64,000 bases of DNA from the human T2T-CHM13v2.0 reference genome, Homo sapiens. The number at the start of each line of letters is the position of its first letter. Within the stretch, counting starts at the first letter, position 1. Positions 1 to 21,030 of the stretch are shown piece after piece. The DNA lies in assembly GCF_009914755.1 (NCBI RefSeq), contig NC_060931.1; one strand, 5' to 3'. A program made the translations under genes and the position numbers. The notes beneath the pieces are model-generated. The model had not been told where the DNA came from. It did no database searches and saw nothing but the letters and a program-made list of their open reading frames with translations.

Positions 1-729
1 AGGAGGTTTCCGATACCCACTGCCAAAGGAAAAGCACAAGGCACGAAACAACGCAGAGTATCTTCCTTTTATGTAAGAAATGGCGGGAGACTAAAACCCA
101 TATTCTGCTTGCTTATATTTGGAAAAGGAAACGTGGATACACCAGCAGCAGATAAAAATGACTTCTAGGGAGGGAGGGAATGGGGGATGGGACAGAGACA
201 GGAGTAGCCCTCTCTGAGTATGTCTGACTTTGGAACCATGCTAACATCTTCCATAATTAAAAAAAAATTAAATAAAAAACCAACCCCTCAAAATTGAACC
301 CAAATTAAAGCAAATGAACCCAATAGGACAATAAGGTTAGAGGCGGAACCTAGAATTCTGGCCTCCTCCTGTTTTTTATTTTGTTTGTTTTTTTGTTTTT
401 TGCCAGAATGTGAAAGTACAGAGGAGCTGGCCCCTGACTCTGGCCACGCTTTGGCCCCCTTGCCCTGTGTGTAGCCTCGTGGCTGTGCCTGTGGACACCT
501 CGTCTCCAAGCCTGGCACACAGCCACCCCTTGGTCACAGCAGTGAGACCCCAGGAAGAGCTGCACAGGGTCCTTGGCCGTGGAGCAGCCTCTACAACTGT
601 AAGCTCAGGCTCCGCAGGGTGTGTCCTCGGCGTGTGCAGGGTTGCTGTCACAGGGGTGCCACGCCGGGCCCCTAAAGCACCAGCCCCCTTGCCTGGGTTC
701 TTCCTTTATGTTTTCATTAGGTAAGATCT

Positions 730-1760
730 ACATAATAGAAAATTCACCATTTTGACATGAACCATTCAATGGCATTTACTACCTTCAAAATGTTGTACGG
801 CCACCACTTCTACAGCCTATCAGCCGCCACTCCCACTGCCCTGGCCCAGACCCTGACAACACGAATCTGCTTTCTGTCTCCATGGATTTGCCGGTTCTGG
901 ATCTCTCATTGGAGCGCATTCACACAGCATGCAGCCCTTTGTGTCTGGTTCTTTTACTTGGTGCGGCATTTCCGAGGCTCGCCCATGCTGTGGCACAGGC
1001 CAGTGCAACATTCCATTTTACGGCCAATATATATATATGTATATTACATGCCATTGTATGGATATGTGGTTTGTTTTTCCATTTGTCAGTTGATGAACAC
1101 TTTGTTTCCAGTTTTTGGCCGTTGTGAACAGTGCTACAAACAGCTGTGTGGAAGTTTTTGCTTGAATATCTGTTTTCATTTCTTGAGTATACACCTAGGA
1201 GTGAAACTGTAGCATCCTATGGTAGTTCTTTTTTTATTTTAAAATGGAGTCTCGCCCCGTTGCTCAGGCTGAGTGTAGTGGTGCGATCTTGGCTCACCGC
1301 AACCTCTGCCTCCTGGTTCAAGCAGTTCTCTTGCCTCAGCCTCCCAAGTAGCTGGATTACAGGCGTGCGCCACCAAACCTGGCTAATTTTTGTATTTTTA
1401 GTAGAGACGGGGGTTTCACCGTGTTGGCCAGGCTGGTCTCGAACTCCTGACCTCCAGTGATCCGCCCGCCTTGGCCTCTGAAAGTGCTGGGATTACAGGT
1501 GTGAGTCACTGTGCCCGGCAGTCCTTTGGTAATTCTGTGCTTAATTTTCTGAAGACCACCAAGCTGTTCTCCACGGCGGCTGCACAAGTTTACATTCCCA
1601 TGGGCCATGTACAAAGTTTCCAATTTATCCACATCCTTGCCAACACTTGCTGTTTTCTGATTTTTAAAAACGGTGGCCATCCTACTAGCTGTGAAATGGC
1701 ACTCCAGTGTGATCTTTTCTGGGTTTTCTGGCATTTCCTGGTGATCTTTTCTAGGTGGTT
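730..1760 (-). mobile_element. Old L1M 3' fragment interrupted by an AluS (1228-1520, minus)
   Basis: Typical reverse L1 3' text (acattcccatgggccatgtacaaagtttccaatttatccacatccttgccaacac), plus Alu consensus. Confidence 0.75.
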
Positions 1761-1774
1761 CTATTTGTATCATC

Positions 1775-2140
1775 ATTATAGACTGCATGTTTGTATGCTC
1801 CCAGAATTCCCATGTGGAAGCCCTACCTGCAGTGTGATGGTATTTGGAGATGGGGACTTTGGGAGGTGACTGAAGGTAGGGACCTCATGATACGATAGTG
1901 CCTTCATAAGAAGAGACCGGAGAGCTCTCCCTCTCACTCCGTCCTATGTGAGGCACCAGGACACAGTGAGAAGCTGGCCGTCTGCAAGCGAGGAAGACAG
2001 CCCTCCCTCACCAGAACCTGATGGTGCTGCCACCCAGATCCTCAATTTCCAATCTCCAGAGCTGTGAGAAAATTAATTTCTGTTGTTTAACCCACCCAGT
2101 CAGAGTATTTTGTTATGGCAGCTTGAGCCGACAAATATAA
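1775..2140 (+). mobile_element. MaLR LTR (MLT1A0-like)
   Basis: Sequence gtgatggtatttggagatgggg...ctgtgagaaaattaatttctgttgtttaa...tgttatggcagc. Confidence 0.75.
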
Positions 2141-2310
2141 TTATGAACTTGTGGATTTTCATCTGTCAGAGGCAAAGATGGTGAAATGTAAACAACATGT
2201 TAATACTGGGCAATGGGTTTATGAGTATCTGTTGGGCTCATTCTTAAACAGTTTCATAAGATGTTTAATAGTTCAAATTATAGATTCAGCCCTTAAAACT
2301 ACAGATTTAG

Positions 2311-2646
<336 letters not shown>

Positions 2647-2694
2647 TTAGATTCTTCATTTGTATCACAGGGATCATCATAGAAAAATGAGCTA

Positions 2695-2934
<240 letters not shown>

Positions 2935-3549
2935 CTAGGGGTGGGGAGAGCTCACCCAGTTTCCAGAGGCTTCCACCACAGAATCTCTAAAACCCAGCAA
3001 GTGCGGCACCAGGCATGTCACAGTTGGACTGCCTGTTAGCTTTCTACTTTTTGGGGAAATTCACAGCAGAATTCCAGCCTTTGTAGTAGCCAGAACCCAA
3101 ATTCCAAGTCTCTTTGGGGCTAGGACAGAGGTATGTGTGAAAAGTTGCAAGAATAGTACAAAGAGCTCATACAGTCTTTCTCTAGATTCACCTGTTCACA
3201 TCTTCTCTCATTTGCTTTATCCTTCGCTCGCTCTCTTTCAATACACAGACTTTTAAAAATCCGTCATCATTTGAGAGCAAGTTGTTTACCCCTAACAACT
3301 TCAGAGGGTATGTCCTAAGAATGAGGACACCTGCTTCTACAACCACGGCAACTTCAGGTGCTGCTTCAGGAGAACGCCGCAAGGATAAGAGTATTCATCT
3401 AGGATGACTGTCTCATAATTACCACGTATTAGACACCGAGGTTTATCTAATATATACAGATACAGCATTATAAGACCATTTCCCTCCTCTAGCACAGAAT
3501 TTAGTATATTACTTACATGTAGTTATCATGCCTCTTTAGTTTCATTTAA

Positions 3550-3933
<384 letters not shown>

Positions 3934-5210
3934 TAACATGACAGTTTCGAGATGATTTTCCAGTCAGTGCCACTCCATGCTTGCTGGTCTGTGAGTGACA
4001 TTCCACTGTCAACAAGAGCCCTGCTCCTGTTTATCTCATCGCTGTCCACATGGACTCACAGACGCCGTCATTTTCCAGGGGCTGTAATTCATCTCTGTCC
4101 TCGCTTACTTTGGTGCTCAAAGTGAAGAAAGCACTGAGTCTCGCCGGCCCTTTGCGTTTCCATATTAGTTCTAAAGTCAGCTGTCAATGTCTACCCTCCC
4201 TGTCCCCGCAAACACCTGCAGAGTTTTGATTTTGAATGAGGCCTTTAATTCCTCTTGGTAATGCTTATAAATTTTCTGTACACAGGTGATGCACATCTTC
4301 CCTTAGATTTATTCTCAGGTATGTAATCTTTTATGGTGCTTCTTAAATGGCATCTTTAAACATTTCCCATTTTATAATCCTTTGTTGCTAGTGAATAGAA
4401 ATACAACTGATTTCTGTATATTGGCTTGTGCCTAGTCACCCTGCTAAGCTCTGTATTCATTCTAATAATAGACCTGTAGGTTCTTCTCAATTTTCCAGGT
4501 GCACACTCACATCACCTGTGAGCCACAGGCATGGTGGTGTGTGGCAACAACAACATTCAGACAGAAAGCCTACCATCTTTTTGGCCAGGAGAACAAGAGG
4601 ACAGAGCTGGGGCAACCAGGACTGCCAAGGGGTAAGGTGGGAACACTCCAAAAAGAAAAGAGTCAGTGAGGGAGACCTCAAGTTCTGTGCATAAACTTTG
4701 CCTAAGAGCCTGGCTGGCCCCTGAACCGTATATATGGGGGCAAACTGAAAGGGGTCTCTGCTGTGATCTAAGCAACCACCAGCACAGGCATGACCAAGTT
4801 GGCAGTTTGGGTCTCACCAAGTTAAATGTCTGCTAAAGCAAAAATATCAACATTAGATGGATGAACAGAACAGGATTTAAGTCTTAAAACGACATCCATA
4901 ATACCCAAGATATAATTAAATTATTCAAAATATGGAAGATATTCATCATCAGGGGCAAAAACAATCAGAAGTTATCAACTCAAATATCCCAGATACTGGG
5001 ATGGCTTGACACAGACTTTAAAGCAGCTATTATAATTAGGCTCAATTAGGTTAAAAATGCTCATGTTGAATAAAGATACACAAAATCTTATCAGAGGTCA
5101 GGGAGGATCCAAGATGGCCGAATAGGAACAGCTCCGGTCTACAGCTCCCAGCGTGAGCAATGCAGAAGACGGGTGATTTCTGCATTTCCAACTGAGGTAC
5201 CGGGTTCATC

Positions 5211-5534
5211 TCACTGGGGTGTGCCAGACAGTGGGCGCAGCGCACTGTGCGCGAGCCAAAGCAGGGCGAGGCACTGCCTCACTCGGGAAGCGCAAGGGGT
5301 CAGGGAATTCCCTTTCCTACTCAAAGAAAGGGGTGACACATAGCACCTGGAAAATTGGGTCACTCCCACCCTAACACTGCACTTTCCCAACAGGCTTAAA
5401 AAACGGCACACCAGATTACATCCCGCACCTGGCTCGGAGGGTCCTACACCCAAGGAGTCTTGCTCATTGCTAGCACAGCAGTCTGAGATCAAACTGCAAG
5501 GCAGCAGCGAGGCTGGGGGAGGGGTACCCACCAT
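5211..5534 (-). CDS. L1 ORF0 (antisense 5'UTR ORF), open 107-aa long form
   Basis: MVGTPPPASLLPCSLISDCCASNEQDSLGVGPSEPG... matches primate ORF0 (MAGAPPPASLPPCSLISDCCASN...). The Kozak context gcaATGG is strong. Expression is unknown. Confidence 0.7.
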   Translation of the reverse strand: MVGTPPPASLLPCSLISDCCASNEQDSLGVGPSEPGAGCNLVCRFLSLLGKCSVRVGVTQFSRCYVSPLSLSRKGNSLTPCASRVRQCLALLWLAHSALRPLSGTPQ

Positions 5535-6109
5535 TGCCGAGACTTGATTAGGTAAACAAAGCAGCCGGGAAGCTCAAACTGGGTGGAGCCCACCACAGCT
5601 CAAGGAGGCCTGCCTGCCTCTGTAGGTTCCCCCTCTGGGGGCAGGGCACAGACAAACAAAAAGACAGCAGTAACCTCTGCAGACTTAAATGTCCCCGTCT
5701 GACAGCTTTGAAGAGAGTAGTGGTTCTCCCAGCACGCAGCTGGAGATCTGAGAACGGGCAGACTGCCTCCTCAAGTGGGTCCCTGACCCTGAGTAGCCTA
5801 ACTGGGAGGCACCCCCCAGTAGGGGCGGACTGACACCTCACACGGCCGGGTACTCCTCTGAGACAAAACTTCCAGAGGAACGATCAGGCAGCAGCATTTG
5901 TGGGTCACCAATATCCGCTGTTCTGCAGCCACCGCTGCTGATACCCAAGCAAACAGGGTCTGGAGTGGACCTCTAGCAAACTCCAACAGACCTGCAGCTG
6001 AGGGTCCTGTCTGTTAGAAGGAAAACTAACAAACAGGAAGGACATCCACACCAAAAACCCATCTGTACGTCACCATCATCAAAGACCAAAGGTAGAAAAG
6101 ACCACAAAG

Positions 6110-7126
6110 ATGGGGAAAAAACAGAGCAGAAAAACTGGAAACTCTAAAAATCAGAGCACCTCTCCTCCTCCAAAGGAACGCAGCTCCTCACCAGCAACGG
6201 AACAAAGCTGGATGGACAATGACTTTGACGAGTTGAGAAAAGAAGGCTTCAGACAATCAAACTACTCTGAGCTACAGGAGGAAGTTCGAACCAATGGCAA
6301 AGAAGTTAAAAACTTTGAAAAAAAATTAGACAAATGGATAACTAGAATAACCAATGCAGAGAAGTCCTTAAAGGACCTGATGGAGCTGAAAACCAAGGCA
6401 TGAGAACTACCTGAGGAATGCAGAAGCCTCAGGAGCCGATGCGATGAACTGGAAGAAAGGGTATAAGTGATGGAAGACAAAATGAATGAAATGAAGTGAG
6501 AAGAGAAGCTTAGAGAAAAAAGAATAAAAAGAAACGAACAAGGCCTCCAAGAAATATGGGACTATGTGAAAAGACCAAATCTACATCTGATTGGTGTACC
6601 TGAAAGTGACAGGGAGAATGGAACCAAGTTGGAAAACACTCTGCAGGATATTATCCAGGAAAACTTCCCCAATCTAGCAAGGCAGGCCAACATTCAAAAT
6701 CAGGAAATACAGAGAACACCACAAAGATACTCCTTGAGAAAGGCAACTCCAAGACACATAATTGTCAGATTCACCAAAGTTGAAATGAAGGAAAAAATGT
6801 TAAGGGCAGCCAGAGAGAAAGGTCAGGTTACCCACAAAGGGAAGCCCATCAGACTAACAGCTGATCTCTTGGCAGAAACTCTGCAAGCCAGAAGAGAGTG
6901 GGGGCCAATATTCAACATTCTTAAAGAAAATAATTTTCAACCCAGAATTTCATATCCAGCCAAACTAAGCTTCATAAGTGAAGGAGAAATAAAATACTTT
7001 ACAGACAAGCAAATGCTGAGAGATTTTGTCACCACCAGGCCTGCCCTAAAAGAACTCCTGAAGGAAGTGCTAAACATGGAAAGGAGCAACTGGTACCAGC
7101 CACTGCAATAACATACCAAATTGTAA
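6110..7126 (+). pseudogene. L1 ORF1p, disrupted
   Basis: MGKKQSRKTGNSK... is interrupted by TGA at 6401-6403 and further stops. The C-terminal part (6566-7111) is still open. Confidence 0.93.
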
Positions 7127-7189
7127 AGACCATCAAGGCTAGGAAAAAACTGCATCAACTAACGAGCAAAATAGCCAGCTGACATCATA

Positions 7190-11004
<3,815 letters not shown>

Positions 11005-11244
11005 ACAATGACAACACATGGACACGGGAAGGGGAACATCACACACCGGGGACTATTGTGGGGTAGGGGGAGGGGGGAGGGATAGCATTAGGAGATATAC
11101 CTAATGCTAAATGACGAGTTAATGGGTGCAGCACACCAACATGGCACATGTATACATATGTAACAAACCTGCACGTTGTGCACATGTACCCTAGAACTTA
11201 AAGTATAATAATAATAAAATAAAAAAAAAGAAAATCTTATCAGA

Positions 11245-11660
11245 TACACAAAAAACATAGTGGAAAACAAATGGAAATTTTAGAACTAAAACACACAACA
11301 TCTGAAATTTTAAAATTTACTGGATGAACTTAATAAGAGACTGGGGATGAGAGAGGAAAGAATCAGTGACCACTGAAATTAGATTAATAGAGATGACCCA
11401 ATGATCCAATCTCAAAAAGAGAAAAAAGATAAAGAATGAGGTGCAGGCATCTTTGGGGCAATTCCTAAAGGCCTAATACACAAGTAGTTGGAATCTCACA
11501 GAAGAGAACAAAGAGAGTGGGGCAGAGAATGTTTTTAGAAGCAGAAAACTTTCCAAATTTGGTGAAAGACATAAATTTACAGATTTCAAGAAGCTCCACA
11601 AATTCCAAATATGATAAGTATGAAGAAACTCATAGCAAGGATGCTATACCACACACTTCT
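11245..11660 (+). mobile_element. Ancient L1M ORF1 remnant, continuing ~4800-5081 across the L1PA insertion
   Basis: gaaaactttccaaatttggtgaaagacataaatttacagatttcaagaagctc is L1M ORF1-like. Confidence 0.65.
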
Positions 11661-11940
11661 GAATAATCCACAGGTCAAAGAAGTCAGACTCTCCGGTCTG
11701 ACATGTAAAGGGCCTGGAAGTCGTCACTCCCATCCTCACAGCAGCGACACCGGCAAGGAGAACAAACTGCAAGTCCCAGCTCTGCTTAGACCCATCAGAG
11801 AGCTGAGATCACAGGACACACTGCTGCCCCCAAACTGCAGAGGCAGACAGGCAAATGCAGAGAATCGCAGTTTACCAGGAACAGAAGATGATGCCAGAGC
11901 CTGCAACTGATAGGTTATGCCTGGCTTTTAAGAAAAAATA

Positions 11941-12255
11941 CTGGAGTCCCCTCCTTATCCTCAGGGGACACATGCTGAGACCTCAGTGGATGCCTGAAGC
12001 CTTGAATAATACCCAACCTTATCTATATTGTTTTTCCCTTTACACATGTACCTATGGTCAAGTTTAATTGATAAGTTAGGCAGAGTAAGGTTAACAATAA
12101 AACAGAACAATTGTAACAACACACTGTAATAAAGTTATGTGAATGTGGTCTCTCAAAGTGTCTCACTGTACTGTATTCATCCCCTTTTGGACCACGGTTG
12201 ACTGCGGGTAACTGAAACCATGGAAGGTGAAGCCACGGACACGGGGGACTATTGG
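11941..12255. mobile_element. MER44-like (Tigger7-derived) DNA transposon
   Basis: TIR-like ends gtcccctccttatcc ... ggacacgggggactattg and a matching internal AT-rich body. Confidence 0.75.
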
Positions 12256-12479
12256 ACAGGCATGTTAACAGACACACACACAGTGTGAAGAGCAAGGGGG
12301 ACTATCGGACAGGCATGTCCCATAGTGTGAAGAAACACAGTGTGAAGTTACAAAGTGAGGCCTCAGAACCAGATTCGGATATGGCGAAAGTTTTAGAGTT
12401 ATCAGCTTGGGAACTGAAATAACTGATTAATATGAGGGTGCGAATGGAAAGGTGGACAGATGGGAACAGAAGCGAGAGA

Positions 12480-14269
12480 TATGCACACTCCAGGAGTGGT
12501 ACCCAGACATGCCAAAATCAAGAAGAATTCACAATGTACATCAGAAAGTATTTTGAACTTCAAGACAATGTTAAAATATCAACACTTTTATCTTGAGATG
12601 TTGCCACTACAGCATTTCGGGGAGAAATCTGTTGCTTTACATGCTTATATTAGGGCCGGGCCCGGGGGCACACACTTGTAACCCCAGCACTTTAGGAGGC
12701 TGAGGCAGGTGGACTGGTTGAGGTCAGGAGTTCAAGACCTGGGCAACATGGTAAAACCCCATCTTCTCAAAAAAAACCCCAAAGTTAGCCGAGTATGTTG
12801 GCACATGCTTGTAGTCCCAGCTACTCAGCAGGGGGAGCTGAGGTGGGAGGATCACTTCAACCCAGAAGGCCGAGGCTGCAGTGAGCCAAGACTGCACCAC
12901 TGCAATCCAGTATAGGCAACAGAGCAAGACCGTTTCAAAGAAAAAAGAAAAAAAAAAAAAACAGCTTATAGAAGAGAAAAAATGATCAAAAATCACTGAC
13001 CAAAGGTACCACCTCAAAGAGCTTAATGAAGAGCTCTTTAAACTCAAGGTAAGCAGGAGAAAGAAAATAACAAAGATGAGATAACAATGAAATGGAAAAT
13101 GAATTTTGCAATAGAAACAATTAACAAGGCCAAATGTTGGTTCTTTAAAAATGTCAACAGAACTGATAACCTCCTAAGGGAATTAAGAAAAAGAAAAAAC
13201 AAATCTCCAGTATCAGGAATGAAAAAGTTATACTATAGCTCCGTCAAACATTGACAGGTATTAAGAGAATGTTCCAAACAACTTTATGCTAACAGATTGG
13301 ACATCTTATACGAAATGGACAAATTGCTTTAAAAAATTTAATTTCCCAAAACGGATACTGTATGAAATAGAAAATTTGAACAGCCTTTAAAAGACTGGAT
13401 TTGTTCTAAAACAACAACAAAACTTCCCCAAAGGAAAACTCCAGGCCTAGATGACCTCACTATCAAACACGTAAAGAAGAAATAACACTAACGAACGTGA
13501 ACTTTTTCAGAAAATCAAAGAGGAAGAAATAATTTCCAACTCCTTTTATGAGGCCAGCATCATCCTGGTACCCACACCGACAAGATTATCAAAAAAGAAA
13601 AATTACAGACCAACTCTCCCCTTGAAAAGACACAATATCTTTAACAAAACTTTAGCAATTTAAACCTAACTACATAAAAAATGTCAATAGAAGACAGCCA
13701 CTATTTTAGCAAAATAAGGAAGAAAAAAATACGAATGTTTCAATAGATGCAGAAAAAAAGCATGTGAAAAAATTCAACACATGCTCAGGGCTTAAAAAAA
13801 AAGTCCTCTCTCACCAGACTAATAGAAAGAAACTTCCTCAGTTTGATAAAGGGCATCTATGAAAACCATGCAACTAACATCCTAAGTCATGGTGGACCAC
13901 TGAGTACTTTCACCCTAACACTGGGTGTAAGGCAAGGATGCCCACTTTTACTGCTTCTGGTCAATGCTAAGTTAGAAAGACTAACAGCAAAAAGCAAGAC
14001 AGCAAGCAAGCGAACAAATGAAACAAAAGACACAGGGACTGGAAAGCAAGAAATAAAACAATCTGCAGATCGCCTAACTGTTCAAACACAAAATCCTAAG
14101 GAAGCTATAAAAAAGCTAGCAACAGAATCAATCCGTGAGTTCAGCACATTCACAAGATAAGAGATTACTACACAAAAATCAAGTATATGTTTTACATACT
14201 GCCAATAACCCAATGGAATCTAAACATTGTAAAAGCAATTCCGTTTTTAATAGTACTAAGAAACGTGAA

Positions 14270-14270
<1 letters not shown>
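12480..14270 (+). mobile_element. Old L1M ORF2 fragment with AluJ (12654-12962)
   Basis: RT-like peptide LGVRQGCPLLLLL at 13843-14160, and ttttatgaggccagcatcatcctg. Confidence 0.75.
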
Positions 14271-18220
<3,950 letters not shown>

Positions 18221-18222
18221 TC

Positions 18223-19256
<1,034 letters not shown>

Positions 19257-19363
19257 TTAGTACTTCTTAGGGCAAAATAACCATGAAGCATAAAGGAAAA
19301 TGTCATCTTCCCTGCACATTCTCAGCCCCAGGGACCTCTTGCACTTAGTACGTACTGAACGCT

Positions 19364-19638
19364 TGCTGAGTCAATGAAGACATGTGTTTTTTCAAACCTG
19401 ACTTTTTAAATGGCAGCTTAAATATTTTTTCCTTTAATAGCTTAGTGGTTCTCTGACTCCTGTTCGCTGTCCCCACATCAGAATAGCAATAATAAGGAAT
19501 GATTCTTCCCTCCCCCTGCAAATGTAGCTGCCTGGTTAACACAGAACACAAGCTCTACAGACCTAATAAATGTCTGGAAAACCTCTTGCTTGGGGATGAG
19601 TCACTCCCTAACTCAAAACCAACAGGATGAGTCAGCAG
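19364..19638. promoter_or_regulatory. Candidate enhancer: CNC-sMAF (ARE)/AP-1 motif cluster
   Basis: TGCTGAGTCA at 19364-19373, TGAGTCA at 19597-19603 and ATGAGTCAGCA at 19627-19637. Confidence 0.45.
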
Positions 19639-19983
19639 CTGTTGCTTCAGGCTCTTTATGGAAAGCCCCTCTATTTTTACTATCCTATTCTTAAACAAAG
19701 ACAAAAACCCAAAAACTCAACATCTCCCCAACTATCGATGCTTACAGTATTAGAAATGAAAACTCAGAGCTTTTAAGAAAACAAGGCTTTAGGGCCGGGT
19801 GCAGTGGCTCACACTGTAATCCTAGCACTTTAAGAAAACAAGGCTCTGCAAACACTTATCTCATTCGCCATCCAAGTGATGACATCCTCATACGTCGTGT
19901 GGCCTCTGAAAAGCTCCAATGCAGGCTTGCACATGAAAGAGGGTGTAAAGGGCAGACACTGTCTCAGCAGTTTCATGTGTTCT

Positions 19984-20162
19984 GTGCTGTCAGGGTTCTA
20001 AGACGAGCCTCAATGACACACGCCCTGTGCAATTTCTTCCCCTGCAGCGTGGGAGGAAGCTGGAGTGTGATGGAACGTATCTCCTGTGATTGGGCGACTT
20101 TCAGCTAAGCCAAAGGGAGGTGATCTTGGTGGGCCTGATCTAATCAGGGGAGCCTTTCAAGG
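19984..20162 (+). mobile_element. Second MLT1E-like LTR 5' fragment
   Basis: Homologous to 18223-18362. Confidence 0.65.
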
Positions 20163-20412
20163 AACCTGGCGGAACCCCTGAAAGGGTCTCGGGGGCCCCC
20201 ACAGCACACTTGGAGGAACCCCTGTGCTAGAGAGGTTGGTGCCTGTGTAGCAGCGTGCCCCTAACAGCAGAGTCACAGCCCTAGGCTGGAAGCCACCAGT
20301 GCCCACCTCTGGTTCAGTGGATAATCAAGTGCAGTTTACTCATCTAATAGAACACCACAGAAGAATGGATATGAGAGGGTTATCACCGCATGTATCAACA
20401 TGATGGGTCTCT

Positions 20413-20804
<392 letters not shown>

Positions 20805-20859
20805 TTATACTGTCCTTATTTACATGAAGTTAAAACACAGGCAAAAGGAAACAAAGCGC

Positions 20860-21030
20860 TAGCTGTAAGAACTCACACCTACCTTGCACTTCCTATGTGC
20901 CTGCACTGTTCTAAGGGCCTCCCCCATATCACCTTCATTCTCACAATACTCACGGTGTGTTATTACTGTTCTGTCCATGTGACAGATGGGAAGACTGAGA
21001 CAAAGTGGTTAAATAACATGCCCAAGTGGT
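20860..21030 (-). mobile_element. MIR
   Basis: gacagatgggaagactgagaca...ggttaaataacatgcccaag is the MIR core. Confidence 0.65.
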
